From an uncultured bacterium (lineage in GTDB: Bacteria; CAZSTA01), in contig CAZSTA010000010.1 of NCBI GenBank assembly GCA_964609495.1, positions 1 through 36,138 on the forward strand: a DNA stretch of 36,138 nucleotides. The letters are read 5' to 3'. A program made the position numbers and the translations under genes. Positions 1 through 10,139 of this stretch are shown piece after piece. The notes under the pieces are model-generated. The model was not told the origin of the DNA. It did not search any database and was given only the letters and a program-made list of their open reading frames with translations. The first letter of the stretch is position 1; every line of letters starts with the position of its first letter.

Positions 1-201
1 AGGGGGAGGGTGTAATACAAAGTAAATTAGATCTTAGATCCCAGATTTTATATGCTTCCTATCAGTCCTTACAGATAAGCTAGCAGTATAAAAATCATTC
101 TACCGTGAGTTTTAGATCATTGAAAAAAAAAGAGTGGATAAAGTTGAAACGTTCAACTCGTCAACTTAATCGAGATTAAGATTACAATGATAATATCTCT
201 C

Positions 202-1275
202 CTAATACCGACAATACTCCTCTATCGCTTCCATGAAGGCTAAGACATTTTCCCAAGGCACTTCTGGTTCGAGGATATGAGTTGGGGCTAGTAATAAACC
301 TCCACCTTTGCCAATCGTCTCGAATCTCTCCTTGACCTCATTTTTAACATCCTCAACAGTGCCGAAGGGCATGGTGGTTTGTGTCCCGATCGTTCCCCAG
401 AAGGCGAGCTTATCGCCATATTCCCTCTTGATCTTGGCGGGATCCATACATTCGGGTTGTATCGGATTGAGGACATCGACTCCGACTTCGATCAACTCGG
501 GGATTACAGCCTCGCAGTTCCCATCGCTGTGGTAGAAGATATGTAGGTCTGGATTGACCTCACGAGCGCTATCAATGACCTTTTTCAAACGAGGCTTAAG
601 CCACTCTCGCCAAGTAGCAGGACTCATAAGCAACCCCCGTTGAGTCCCCACATCATCGCCTAATCTCAGTATGTCTATTCCAGCTTGGGCGAAGATTCTA
701 GCCTGCCCACATCTGATCTCGGTTACTTTGTCAAGTAATGCCTCGGCAAAAGGCTTATTATCTATAAAGTCCATAAGTAGATTCTCCATACCCCGCATTC
801 CCCAAGATACCTCAAATATTGTGCAGTATAGCTCACCCATAACTGCCAAATCACGATCCTTTAATTCCTCGACCTCCTGAGGGAGATGCTCATAGCGGTA
901 TTCAGCCAACATATCTGGGAATGGATACTCCTCGATATCCTCGGGAGTGCTGAGGTTTTCCATAGGGCGAATGGAACGCATGAAATGATAAAGCGAGCCT
1001 GTAAAAGAAGCCACTCCCCATTCACTTATATAGACTTTATCGGGGAGATCAGAGAGGTAACGCGAGAAATCATAGGCTTTACGGGTGGGTTTGAGATTTA
1101 CCGGTCTGACCTCGAAGTTGAAGTATTCCGTGGGATCGATTGAGCCAGTTTTCTCTACAAAGACCTTCATCAAAGCAGGAGTAAAAGCCCCATAGCTTAA
1201 CTCTCGCGGAACTTTATCGGGCTCCTCCCTCGCCAAGGCAGTTAATACTCTTTCACGGGGGGTCATCTCTTTCAT
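202..1275 (-). CDS. Uroporphyrinogen decarboxylase (URO-D)/MtaA-CmuA-like family protein, substrate unknown
   Basis: 357 aa ORF. N-terminal MTPRERVLTAL..EEPDKVP, plus GDDVGTQRGLLMSP, HSDG, LNPIQPE, GTIGTQ and GGGLLLAPTH motifs typical of URO-D-like proteins. Confidence 0.85.
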   Translation of the reverse strand: MKEMTPRERVLTALAREEPDKVPRELSYGAFTPALMKVFVEKTGSIDPTEYFNFEVRPVNLKPTRKAYDFSRYLSDLPDKVYISEWGVASFTGSLYHFMRSIRPMENLSTPEDIEEYPFPDMLAEYRYEHLPQEVEELKDRDLAVMGELYCTIFEVSWGMRGMENLLMDFIDNKPFAEALLDKVTEIRCGQARIFAQAGIDILRLGDDVGTQRGLLMSPATWREWLKPRLKKVIDSAREVNPDLHIFYHSDGNCEAVIPELIEVGVDVLNPIQPECMDPAKIKREYGDKLAFWGTIGTQTTMPFGTVEDVKNEVKERFETIGKGGGLLLAPTHILEPEVPWENVLAFMEAIEEYCRY

Positions 1276-1304
1276 AATCTTAGCACCTTTCTATATTAAG
1301 TCGA

Positions 1305-1330
1305 AATCCCCCGGATTCACACGGGGGATT
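1305..1330 (-). terminator. Putative intrinsic terminator after rplU-rpmA
   Basis: Perfect 9-bp stem aatcccccg/cgggggatt with an 8-nt loop, about 30 nt past the rpmA stop. The U-tract is short. Confidence 0.6.
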
Positions 1331-1361
1331 CTAGTTGCCTGTCTAAAACTATATTCTACTT

Positions 1362-1631
1362 TTAACTAACGGCTATCTCTCTTTCGGAGTGAACATTCGC
1401 GAACTTTGTTCCTCGAAGAACACTGAAGTTGACAAAGCCATCAGTCTTAGCGAATAGAGTGTGATCCCTACCCATTCCTACGTTCTGACCAGCTTTGATC
1501 CTAGAGCCTCTTTGCCTGATGATGATGCTTCCCGCTCTCACAAATTGGCCGCCGAATCTCTTAGCTCCTAACATCTTCGGATTGCTATCGCGACCGTTAC
1601 GAGAGCTTCCCGCACCTTTCTTATGAGCCAT
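1362..1631 (-). CDS. rpmA: 50S ribosomal protein L27
   Basis: [16 protein letters not shown] signature, GRDHTLFA motif, GGAGGTG Shine-Dalgarno (SD). Confidence 0.99.
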   Translation of the reverse strand: MAHKKGAGSSRNGRDSNPKMLGAKRFGGQFVRAGSIIIRQRGSRIKAGQNVGMGRDHTLFAKTDGFVNFSVLRGTKFANVHSEREIAVS

Positions 1632-1665
1632 AGTAATTCACACCTCCCGATCAGCAACAAAAGGT

Positions 1666-1980
1666 CTATTCGAGGGATATATCCTCGATCAATACCCTGG
1701 ATAGCAGTTGACGGTGTCCCTTCTTCCGCCGATAGTGCTTCTTAGCTTTATATTTAAAGACTATGATCTTCTTGTCTTTCCTATGATTGATGATCCTACC
1801 TATAACCTTAGCCTTCTCCACCACTGGTCGGCCTACTTTGATCTGATCGTCATTGCCAACTAATAGCACTTTGTCGAACTCGACAGTATCACCCTTCTCT
1901 GCATCTAGCTTTTCTACATCGATAATGGACCCTTCGGTTACCTTAAACTGTTTGCTTCCAGTCTCAATAACTGCGTACAT
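1666..1980 (-). CDS. rplU: 50S ribosomal protein L21
   Basis: [14 protein letters not shown] start and [12 protein letters not shown] signature; adjacent to rpmA. Confidence 0.99.
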   Translation of the reverse strand: MYAVIETGSKQFKVTEGSIIDVEKLDAEKGDTVEFDKVLLVGNDDQIKVGRPVVEKAKVIGRIINHRKDKKIIVFKYKAKKHYRRKKGHRQLLSRVLIEDISLE

Positions 1981-2027
1981 TCTATTTTTCCACCTCTTAT
2001 GTGTCTCTGCCCAGATGACCGCTCTTT

Positions 2028-2056
2028 AGTGTAACATAAATGGCGAAAAAAGTCAA
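2028..2056 (-). promoter_or_regulatory. Sigma70/SigA-type promoter for rplU-rpmA
   Basis: Minus strand reads TTGACT-N17-TACACT with an extended -10 TG. Confidence 0.75.
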
Positions 2057-2091
2057 TATGAAAAATAAATTTTTTTTGAGGCATAATAATC

Positions 2092-2120
2092 TTGCCAAAA
2101 TTAAAATAATATGTTATAAT
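2092..2120 (+). promoter_or_regulatory. Sigma70/SigA-type promoter for the rimP-nusA-infB operon
   Basis: TTGCCA-N17-TATAAT with an extended -10 TG and an AT-rich upstream region. Confidence 0.8.
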
Positions 2121-2176
2121 ATAAAGCGGAGATGTGGAAAGAATCCTTTGCAAGGCGTCTAAAACTGTTTTGCTAA

Positions 2177-2202
2177 AAGGAGTGGGGTTTTACCCACTCT
2201 TT
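2177..2202 (+). promoter_or_regulatory. rimP leader hairpin (attenuator-like)
   Basis: GAGTGGG-gtttta-CCCACTC-ttt stem-loop in the rimP 5' leader. It matches my recollection of the widely conserved rimP leader hairpin. Confidence 0.75.
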
Positions 2203-2261
2203 CGCTTATATATGGAGCGAAAATAGATTATCCTCTATTTTTCAGTATTTGGAGGCTTAAG

Positions 2262-2735
2262 ATGTTATCACCAGAGGAGGTTATCTCTTTCGTTGAGGCG
2301 ATGGTCGAGGACATATTGAAGGGTAGCGAATATGAGTTGGTAGACGTTACTTATACTAACGAGGGTCGAGGTTGGTTTCTAAGGATATTTATTGATAAGG
2401 AGGGAGGTATAACGCTCGATGACTGTCAGAAGTTACATAGCGAGATCGGTCAACATCTCGATGTCGAGGATCCGATCTCTCATAGATACTACTTGGAGAT
2501 ATCCTCGCCCGGTTTAGACCGCCCTTTGAAGAAGGATAGGGATTTCCTAAGATATCAGGGACGAAAGATTAAGATCAAAACTAAGCTTCCCCTAGAGGGA
2601 AGAAGGAATTTCACCGGCGAATTGCTGGGATTAAACAATGGTAAAGTAAGCGTCAAATTAGCAGAGGGAGACGCTGTTGATATAGGCAAAGATAATCTAG
2701 CCTCGGCTAAATTGCTCGTGGATATAGATGTATAG
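2262..2735 (+). CDS. rimP: Ribosome maturation factor RimP
   Basis: LRIFIDKEGGITLDDC and YYLEISSPGLDRPL motifs; upstream of nusA. Confidence 0.97.
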   Translation: MLSPEEVISFVEAMVEDILKGSEYELVDVTYTNEGRGWFLRIFIDKEGGITLDDCQKLHSEIGQHLDVEDPISHRYYLEISSPGLDRPLKKDRDFLRYQGRKIKIKTKLPLEGRRNFTGELLGLNNGKVSVKLAEGDAVDIGKDNLASAKLLVDIDV

Positions 2736-2788
2736 CTGGATTTATAAATTAAAATAGTAGTTGTAAGCTTTAGGGAGGTAAGTTTCTT

Positions 2789-3937
2789 ATGAACAAGGAT
2801 TTTATAGGGGCTCTATCCCAAATGGAGACGGAGAAGGGATTAAGCAAGGATATATTGATCGAGGCGATCGAAGCCGCCTTAGTATCCGCATATAGGAAGA
2901 ATTTCGGGAAAGCTTCTAATGTGCAGGTGCATATAGATGATAGTGGGGATGTCAAGGTCATAGCCCAAAAGATGGTGGTAGAGGATGTCGAAGATCCACT
3001 TTGGGAGATCGCCCTTATAGAAGCGAGGTCTCTGAGACCTACTTCCAAGTTAGGTGATGAGATCGAGATTGAAGTCACGCCTAAAAACTTCGGTCGGATA
3101 GCCGCTCAGACCGCCAAGCAGGTGGTCGTCCAGAGGTTGCGTGAAGCGGAGAGAGAGATGATCTTCGATGAGTACAAGGACCGCCAGGGAGATGTGGTGA
3201 CAGGCGTGATCCAGCGTAAAGATGGTAAGAATATATATGTTGACTTAGGTCGAGTGGAGGCGATACTCACTTCCCAAGAGCAAATTCCCAACGAGTCTTA
3301 TCGACTCAAGGACCGGATAAAATCATACATTGTAGATGTGAAGATGACTACCAAGGGGCCAGTTATATCGGTCTCCAGAACGCACCCCGGCTTGCTGAGG
3401 AGATTATTTGAACTAGAGGTTCCTGAGATATTCGATGGAGTGGTTCAGATCAAGGGAGTGGCTAGGGAGGCCGGATATCGCTCTAAGATAGCGGTAAGTT
3501 CTACCGATAAGAATGTTGATCCAGTTGGTTCCTGCGTAGGACCAAGAGGAGCGAGAGTGCAGACGATAGTGAGCGAGCTCAGGGGGGAGAAGATAGATAT
3601 AATCCGCTGGGATGAAGATCCCTCGATATTCGTAGCTAATGCTCTGAATCCGGCTAAGGTGATATCCGTCTCCATTGAAGCGGGTAAGACTGCTACCGTG
3701 GTAGTTCCTGATAATCAATTATCTTTGGCGATCGGTAAGGCTGGTCAGAATGCTCGTTTAGCGGCGAAGTTAACCGGATGGAGAGTTGATATCCGCAGCG
3801 AGAAGGAGCAAAAGGAGATCATAAGTCAAGAGTGGGGAATTGACTCCCCCGAGGAGAATACCGAGGACGAAGAGGTGGAATCGAAGGTTGAGAAGCCGAT
3901 TGAGAAAACTAAAGGAGGGGGCGGAGATATTGGTTAG
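2789..3937 (+). CDS. nusA: Transcription termination/antitermination factor NusA
   Basis: FGRIAAQTAKQV, AREAGYRSKIAV and LSLAIGKAGQNARLAAKLTGWRVDI motifs. Confidence 0.99.
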   Translation: MNKDFIGALSQMETEKGLSKDILIEAIEAALVSAYRKNFGKASNVQVHIDDSGDVKVIAQKMVVEDVEDPLWEIALIEARSLRPTSKLGDEIEIEVTPKNFGRIAAQTAKQVVVQRLREAEREMIFDEYKDRQGDVVTGVIQRKDGKNIYVDLGRVEAILTSQEQIPNESYRLKDRIKSYIVDVKMTTKGPVISVSRTHPGLLRRLFELEVPEIFDGVVQIKGVAREAGYRSKIAVSSTDKNVDPVGSCVGPRGARVQTIVSELRGEKIDIIRWDEDPSIFVANALNPAKVISVSIEAGKTATVVVPDNQLSLAIGKAGQNARLAAKLTGWRVDIRSEKEQKEIISQEWGIDSPEENTEDEEVESKVEKPIEKTKGGGGDIG

Positions 3938-4244
3938 ACATAAGCATATACCGCGGAGGATGTGTGTTGGATGCCAAGTAGTGCGACCAAAGAAGGAGCT
4001 TTGGAGAATATTGAGGAGTGTGGAGGGGAAGATCGAGTTCGATCCCACCGGAAAGAAATCTGGTCGCGGAGCATATATCTGCCCCCGGATAGAGTGCCTC
4101 GATAAGGCGATAAGCAGTGGAAAATTAGCGAAGGCTCTTGCCACTCCCCTCCCGGCGGAATTAGTGACCGAATTGAGGGCCAGAATCGCGGAATGGGAGG
4201 GGGAAATTGAGCAAGGAGAGATCGGAGGTGGTCAAATTGAGTAA
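3930..4244 (+). CDS. ylxR: YlxR/RnpM family RNA-binding protein (DUF448)
   Basis: [10 protein letters not shown] and [14 protein letters not shown] motifs. Start moved from 3840 to the TTG at 3930, which overlaps the nusA end and has a purine-rich SD upstream. Confidence 0.92.
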   Translation: MVRHKHIPRRMCVGCQVVRPKKELWRILRSVEGKIEFDPTGKKSGRGAYICPRIECLDKAISSGKLAKALATPLPAELVTELRARIAEWEGEIEQGEIGGGQIE

Positions 4245-6189
4245 GATAAGGATTTATCAGTTATCGCGTGATCTTGGGATATCCAACAAGGAGATCCTAA
4301 AAGAGCTTAGAAATCTGGGAATTAAAGATAAAACCCATTCTAGTTCTATAGATGAAGAGACGGTTGAGCTAGTTATGGATAGCTTAACTAGTGATGAGAA
4401 AGCTGAGAGGAAAGAGAAAAAGCAACTGCAAAAAGTGAAGATACCTCCTATAATTTCTATGGAGGAGTTGGCGGAAAAATTCGATACTTCTGTTGAGGCT
4501 GTCTCTCGTTCGCTTAGAGAGGCAGGAGTAGTAATAAGATTCTCCCAGGGGATAGTAGCTGAGGATGTGGCTAAGATAGCTAAGGGGCTTGGCTATGAGA
4601 TCGAGGTCGAGGATACCGGGGGGGAGGAATTAACCGAGCTGGAGAGGAAACTCATCCCTCAGATCGTAGATCTTCCCGAATCTCTTAAACCTCGTCCTCC
4701 CGTTGTCACCGTGATGGGACATGTCGATCATGGAAAGACCTCGCTCTTGGATGTTATCCGCGAGACGAACGTCATTGATGAGGAGTTCGGAGGTATAACT
4801 CAGCATATAGGAGCCTATCAGGTTAAGGTTAATGGGCATCGAATCGTATTTCTAGATACCCCTGGGCATGAAGCCTTCACCGCGATGCGAGCTAGAGGGG
4901 CGCAGGCTACGGATATAGCGATTCTAGTGGTGGCGGCCGATGATGGGGTGATGCCTCAGACGATCGAGGCGATCAATCACTCTCGGGCAGCCAATGTTCC
5001 GATTATAGTGGCTATAAATAAGATCGATAGGGAGGATGCTGACCCCGATAAGGTGAAACAGCAGTTGATGGAGATCGGCTTGGTCCCCGAGGAATGGGGA
5101 GGGAATACGATCTGTGTATTAGTTTCGGCTAAGCAGAAGATCGGATTAGATAACCTTCTGGAGATGATCTCTATAGTATCTGAGTTGCAGGAGTTGAAAG
5201 CCAATCCCAATCGTCCCGCCCGAGGGGTAGTGCTTGAGGCTCGCTTGGATAGAGGCAAAGGTCCTCTCGCCAACTTACTTGTGCAGAAGGGGACGCTGAA
5301 GGTGGGAGATGCGATCGTGGTGGGATCAGCCTACGGACGAGTTAAAGCGATGATGGATGATAAAGGGAAGAGGATAAAGAAGGCTCCCCCTTCTACCCCA
5401 GTGGAGGTGCTAGGTCTCTCCGATGTCCCTGAAGCTAGCGATATCCTCTACGTAGTCGAGAACGAGAAGATCGCTCGTCAGATAGGTCAGGAGAGAAAAG
5501 AGCGCAAACATCTGGAGTCTCTAGCAGAAAGACCGAAAGCCTCGTTAGATGCGCTCTTCGAACAACTTCAGAGGGGAGAGGTAAAGGAACTCAACATCAT
5601 ACTCAAAGCCGATGTTAGAGGCTCGGTCGAGGCGATAACCAGCTCTTTGTTGAACTTGAGCACCGACGAGGTGGAGATAAAGATCATTCACAGCGGTGTA
5701 GGAGCGGTGACCGAATCGGATGTGCTTCTGGCTTCCGCCTCTCAAGCGATAATAATCGGCTTTAACGTTCGGGCGGATGGTGCTGCTCGGAGGATGGCGA
5801 AGGAATCCGAGGTTGATATCCGTTTCTATCGAGTCATATATGATGTTATCGCCGATATCACAGCCGCGATAAAGGGTATGTTAGAGCCTAAATATGAGGA
5901 GGTAATACTCGGTCGAGCCGAGGTGCGTCAACTCTTCAAAGTTCCCAAAGTTGGTGTTATAGCTGGTTCTCATGTCCTAGAGGGCAAGATGGTTCGCAAT
6001 ATCGACGTGCGGGTGCTCCGAGATGAAGTTGTTGTCCACGAGGGTAAGATCAGCTCCTTGAAGCGTTTCAAAGAGGATGTGCGAGAGGTTGTGGCTGGTT
6101 ACGAGTGTGGCATAGGTATAGAAAAGTTCAATGATATAAAGGAGAACGATATCATTGAGGCTTTCACTGAACAGGAAATCGAAGCGTAG
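4237..6189 (+). CDS. infB: Translation initiation factor IF-2
   Basis: [32 protein letters not shown] and [13 protein letters not shown] motifs. Start set to the TTG at 4237 after a GGAGGTG SD (ORF track gives 4207). Confidence 0.98.
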   Translation: MSKIRIYQLSRDLGISNKEILKELRNLGIKDKTHSSSIDEETVELVMDSLTSDEKAERKEKKQLQKVKIPPIISMEELAEKFDTSVEAVSRSLREAGVVIRFSQGIVAEDVAKIAKGLGYEIEVEDTGGEELTELERKLIPQIVDLPESLKPRPPVVTVMGHVDHGKTSLLDVIRETNVIDEEFGGITQHIGAYQVKVNGHRIVFLDTPGHEAFTAMRARGAQATDIAILVVAADDGVMPQTIEAINHSRAANVPIIVAINKIDREDADPDKVKQQLMEIGLVPEEWGGNTICVLVSAKQKIGLDNLLEMISIVSELQELKANPNRPARGVVLEARLDRGKGPLANLLVQKGTLKVGDAIVVGSAYGRVKAMMDDKGKRIKKAPPSTPVEVLGLSDVPEASDILYVVENEKIARQIGQERKERKHLESLAERPKASLDALFEQLQRGEVKELNIILKADVRGSVEAITSSLLNLSTDEVEIKIIHSGVGAVTESDVLLASASQAIIIGFNVRADGAARRMAKESEVDIRFYRVIYDVIADITAAIKGMLEPKYEEVILGRAEVRQLFKVPKVGVIAGSHVLEGKMVRNIDVRVLRDEVVVHEGKISSLKRFKEDVREVVAGYECGIGIEKFNDIKENDIIEAFTEQEIEA

Positions 6190-6208
6190 CTTCGCTGAGG
6201 ATTGAGAT

Positions 6209-6490
6209 ATGAACGTCGGGTACTGCTTGATCGAGATATATATTCCCTCGAGCAATTCCCTCAAGGAGAAGCGTCGAGTATTGAAGAGTCTTATAGATAG
6301 GGTGAAAAGCAGGTTCAATGTCTCCATTGCGGAGGTTGAGGATCATGACCTCTGGCGAAAAGCGACGCTCGGGATCGCCTGTATATCCAACAATGGGCGT
6401 CATGTCAATGGAGTTTTGGATAAAGTGATAGATTATATTGAGATGGACAGGGAGATCGATATAATAGACTATTCGGTAGAGCTTGTTTGA
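6209..6490 (+). CDS. DUF503 (YlxP-like) protein
   Basis: SNSLKEKRRVLKSL and FNVSIAEV.DHDLW motifs; conserved position between infB and rbfA. Confidence 0.92.
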   Translation: MNVGYCLIEIYIPSSNSLKEKRRVLKSLIDRVKSRFNVSIAEVEDHDLWRKATLGIACISNNGRHVNGVLDKVIDYIEMDREIDIIDYSVELV

Positions 6491-6506
6491 GCGAGGGGGA
6501 GAGGAA

Positions 6507-6872
6507 ATGTTTCAGTATCGACGAAAGGACAGAGTCCAGACTCTAATCCGCGATGAGATAAGCTATCTATTACAGAGAGAGATTAAGGACCCTCGTTTAG
6601 AGTTTGTCACTATAACTAGGGTTAAGGTGAGCGAGGATCTCCAACACGCAACGGTCTTTATAAGCGTTCTTGGGGATGAAAAGAGGAAGAAACAAGCGAT
6701 GGAGGGCTTGACTAGAGCGACTGGATTCATTAGAAGGGAGATAGGTAGTAGAATTAAGTTAAGACTCGTTCCAGAGATAATCTTCAAATACGATGATTCT
6801 ATAGAAGGTGTCGCTCGTATTCATAGGCTATTAAATGAGATAAGGAATGATAAGCCGGAAAAAGGGATTTAG
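6507..6872 (+). CDS. rbfA: Ribosome-binding factor A
   Basis: IKDPRL.FVTITRVKVSEDLQHATVF and LRLVPEIIFKYDDS motifs. ATG at 6507 follows a purine-rich SD. Confidence 0.97.
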   Translation: MFQYRRKDRVQTLIRDEISYLLQREIKDPRLEFVTITRVKVSEDLQHATVFISVLGDEKRKKQAMEGLTRATGFIRREIGSRIKLRLVPEIIFKYDDSIEGVARIHRLLNEIRNDKPEKGI

Positions 6873-6904
6873 ATTTAGGGTTATATTAATATAAAGGGGG
6901 AATT

Positions 6905-7876
6905 ATGGCAGATAATTCATCATTATTGGAGATAGCGAGGGTTATAAGGGAGAGAGATAACTTTGTGATAACCTCGCATATCAACCCCGATGGTGATAAC
7001 ATCGGTTCTCAGCTGGGACTCTTTCTGTTGTTGAAACAGATGGGTAAGGGGGTGAGGTGTGTTGATGCTGACGAAGTTCCTTCAGTCTATAGTTTTCTGC
7101 CAGCTAGTGAGGAAGTCATGGTCCTCGATGATAAAGATATAGGCGATCTCTCCGTATTCATAATCGTTGATACCGCTGATTATGAGAGATTAGGGAGGGT
7201 CGCACCCCTGCTCGAGCTAGCCGAATTAGTGATAAATATAGATCATCATATTAGTAACAATAGATATGGAGATTTAAATTATGTGGATGAAGAGGCAGCG
7301 GCAGTGGGGGAACAGATATACGAGCTAGCCAAAGTCTTGGAGATCGAGATAACGAAGGATATCGCGGAATGCCTCTTCACTGCGATAATTTCTGATACTG
7401 GGTGCTTTAGATATGAAAATACTACTCCCAGGACTCATCGTATAGCGGCGGAGCTGATCGAGGCTGGAGTAAATTCGAGATACGTTGTCGAAATGCTCTA
7501 TGAAACTAAATCGTTCTCTAGCCTCAAGCTCTTAGGCGAGGCTCTCTTCACTCTTCAACTAGGAGCTCAAGGGAAAGTAGCCTGGGCAACCGTATATCGC
7601 AAGATGATGGAGGAAGTGGGAGCAACTTATGAGGATCTGGAGGGATTAGTTGAGCAGATAGGGACCCTTAAGGGTCTGGAGATAGCCGTTCTGTTTAAGG
7701 AGCTGGATGGGAGGGTGAAGGTAAGCTTTCGTTCTAAAGGGAATAGAGATGTGAATAAACTAGCTTCACTCTTTGGGGGAGGAGGGCATCCTAATGCCGC
7801 GGGTTGCTCCCTAGAGCTGGAAATAGAGGAAGCTAGGGAGTTAGTTATAAGTAAGATATCGGAAATATTCTCTTGA
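6905..7876 (+). CDS. nrnA: DHH/DHHA1 bifunctional oligoribonuclease/pAp phosphatase
   Basis: HINPDGD, INIDHH, DTGCF and GGGGHPNAAG motifs; located between rbfA and truB. Confidence 0.92.
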   Translation: MADNSSLLEIARVIRERDNFVITSHINPDGDNIGSQLGLFLLLKQMGKGVRCVDADEVPSVYSFLPASEEVMVLDDKDIGDLSVFIIVDTADYERLGRVAPLLELAELVINIDHHISNNRYGDLNYVDEEAAAVGEQIYELAKVLEIEITKDIAECLFTAIISDTGCFRYENTTPRTHRIAAELIEAGVNSRYVVEMLYETKSFSSLKLLGEALFTLQLGAQGKVAWATVYRKMMEEVGATYEDLEGLVEQIGTLKGLEIAVLFKELDGRVKVSFRSKGNRDVNKLASLFGGGGHPNAAGCSLELEIEEARELVISKISEIFS

Positions 7877-7901
7877 CTATGGAGCCAAAAAGTAATAAAA
7901 T

Positions 7902-8801
7902 ATGGATGGAGTAATAAATGTCTTAAAGCCCCCGGGTATGACCTCCTATGAGGTAGTAGCTTATATCCGCAGACTATTAAAGATAAAGAAGGTAGGGCAT
8001 ACTGGCACTTTAGATCCAGCGGCGGCCGGAGTATTAGTTATCTGTTTAGGAAAGGGAACCAAAGTATCCCGCTTTCTCCTCTCTTCGACTAAGACCTATC
8101 GAGCTGAGGTGACCTTAGGAATAAGAACATCTACCCTGGATGCTGAAGGAGAGATAATATCTAGAGAAGCTGTTTGCCCTATATCTGAAGATAAGGTAAG
8201 GGAGGTCCTAAATCAGTTCCTAGGAGATATCGAACAGATACCTCCGATGGCTAGCGCGATCCATCATCAAGGGCAGAGGCTTTATGAATTAGCCAGACGC
8301 GGCGAGGAGGTAGAGAGGGAGAGCAGGAAAGTTCACATATATCGCTTGGAGCAGATCGATTATAGAGAGGGGAAACATCCCATCTTTATCTTAGAGATCA
8401 GCTGCTCAAAGGGGACTTATGTGCGGACTCTCTGTTCCGATATAGGCGAGGCTTTAGGCTGGGGAGCATATACCTCCTTCCTCCTGCGCACCAGGGTGGG
8501 TCCCTTTAAGATAGAGGATGCGGTGACATTAGAGGAATTGAGGAAAAATGATCCTGTAAATATGATTGAACCTTTAGATAAAGCGTTATCTCATCTACCA
8601 CCTTTTATAGTAAAAGCGAAAGTTGTAAAAAAGGCCAGAAACGGGGCAATATTATTCCCCAATGATATCGAAGGGGAAGAGGATTTTGAGCTCGGAGATA
8701 TAGTCAGGATCTATGATCCTTCGGATGAATTGATCGGGATATATAGGATAGATACTGACCACCAGAGAAAATTCGTGCCGCTTCGAATATTGATTTCATA
8801 G
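7902..8801 (+). CDS. truB: tRNA pseudouridine(55) synthase
   Basis: KVGHTGTLDP, QIPPMASA and CSKGTYVRTL motifs. Confidence 0.98.
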   Translation: MDGVINVLKPPGMTSYEVVAYIRRLLKIKKVGHTGTLDPAAAGVLVICLGKGTKVSRFLLSSTKTYRAEVTLGIRTSTLDAEGEIISREAVCPISEDKVREVLNQFLGDIEQIPPMASAIHHQGQRLYELARRGEEVERESRKVHIYRLEQIDYREGKHPIFILEISCSKGTYVRTLCSDIGEALGWGAYTSFLLRTRVGPFKIEDAVTLEELRKNDPVNMIEPLDKALSHLPPFIVKAKVVKKARNGAILFPNDIEGEEDFELGDIVRIYDPSDELIGIYRIDTDHQRKFVPLRILIS

Positions 8802-8831
8802 GTAGGATAATCGCTCGTTTATGATGTATAT

Positions 8832-9791
8832 ATGAAGATCATCAGAAATCTTGAGAGTTTAGATAAAGAGTATAACAATGTTGTTCTCACCTTGGGTAAT
8901 TTCGATGGAGTCCACTTGGGCCATCAGCGACTAATTAATCTTATGCTCGAAAGAGCTAAGGAAATAGGTGGAATAAGCGTAGTTCTCTCTTTTGATCCTC
9001 ATCCTCAAGCAGTGTTATCTCCCCTCAGTCATCCCTGCCTTATCACTACCCCGGCGGAGAAATCTGAATTGATAGGGAGGCTGGGTGTGGATATATTACT
9101 TCTCCTCAATTTTGATCCTTCGATGGCTAGAATGTCCCCAGAAGATTTCATCTCCTATATCCTCAGAGGCGGGTTAGAGGTGAAGGAGATCCTAGTGGGA
9201 GAGAGATTTGTATTTGGATATCAAAGGAAGGGGGATATAAAGTGTCTGAGGGAATTGGGGAAAAAGTATGGATTTTACACCGAGGGAGTTGAACCAGTCC
9301 GACTCGGTAGGGAGGTCGTATCGAGTAGCAAGGTCAGGGAGATGTTGTTAGAAGGAGAGGTTGAAGGAGCTGGAAGGCTTTTAGGACGTCCCTTCTCCAT
9401 AGGAGGAACGGTAATTGTTGGGCATAAAAGAGGAAGGTTCTTGGGATTCCCAACCGCTAATATTTCTCCTCCCCTGGAGAAGATAATCCCCGCGGAGGGA
9501 GTTTATCTCATCTCAGTTGAATTAGAAGGGGAGATATTTGACGGCCTTTTGAATATAGGTCGTAATCCCACCTTCGCGGATATGGATCTGAGTTTGGAGG
9601 CGTATATCCTCGACTTCGATCGGAATATATACGGACGAAAGTTGAATATACTCTTCAGGGAGAGGTTGCGTCCAGAACTCACCTTGGAGACCCCTCAGAA
9701 ATTGATAGAACAGATGAGGGAGGATGAAAGGAGAGCTAGGAAGATATTAGGTCGAAGAAGGCAGATGACTCACCTTGAAAAGTATAAGTAA
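8832..9791 (+). CDS. ribF: Bifunctional riboflavin kinase/FAD synthetase
   Basis: GNFDGVHLGHQ, VSSSKVR, GFPTAN and NIGRNPTF motifs. Confidence 0.97.
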   Translation: MKIIRNLESLDKEYNNVVLTLGNFDGVHLGHQRLINLMLERAKEIGGISVVLSFDPHPQAVLSPLSHPCLITTPAEKSELIGRLGVDILLLLNFDPSMARMSPEDFISYILRGGLEVKEILVGERFVFGYQRKGDIKCLRELGKKYGFYTEGVEPVRLGREVVSSSKVREMLLEGEVEGAGRLLGRPFSIGGTVIVGHKRGRFLGFPTANISPPLEKIIPAEGVYLISVELEGEIFDGLLNIGRNPTFADMDLSLEAYILDFDRNIYGRKLNILFRERLRPELTLETPQKLIEQMREDERRARKILGRRRQMTHLEKYK

Positions 9792-9834
9792 AGGAGACTT
9801 TCTTGAGTTCTATTATTGAAAGGAGATGAAACAC

Positions 9835-10104
9835 TTGGTTTTAACTAAGGAGAGAAAGCAGGAGATCTTAGCAGAGCAGAGATTGCACGATACCGATACA
9901 GGGTCTCCTGAGATTCAGATAGCTCTTCTTACCGAGAGGATCAAGATTATAACTGAGCATCTTAATGTCAACAAGAAGGATTTTCACTCTCGAAGAGGAC
10001 TTCTGAAGTTGGTTGGAAGGAGAAAAAGATTATTAGAGTATCTAAAAGCGAAAAATGTCTCTAGATATCGGGCTATCTTAGAGAAGCTGAATCTGAGACG
10101 ATAA
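9835..10104 (+). CDS. rpsO: 30S ribosomal protein S15
   Basis: [13 protein letters not shown] and [20 protein letters not shown] motifs. TTG at 9835 is better spaced from the AGGAG SD than ATG at 9826. Confidence 0.97.
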   Translation: MVLTKERKQEILAEQRLHDTDTGSPEIQIALLTERIKIITEHLNVNKKDFHSRRGLLKLVGRRKRLLEYLKAKNVSRYRAILEKLNLRR

Positions 10105-10139
10105 AAGGGAGAATGTCAAGTTACAGGAGGATTTAAATT

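Noticed and set aside
1981..2027. L21 leader RNA upstream of rplU
   Set aside because: The leader is only about 40 nt and I could not identify a convincing conserved structure.
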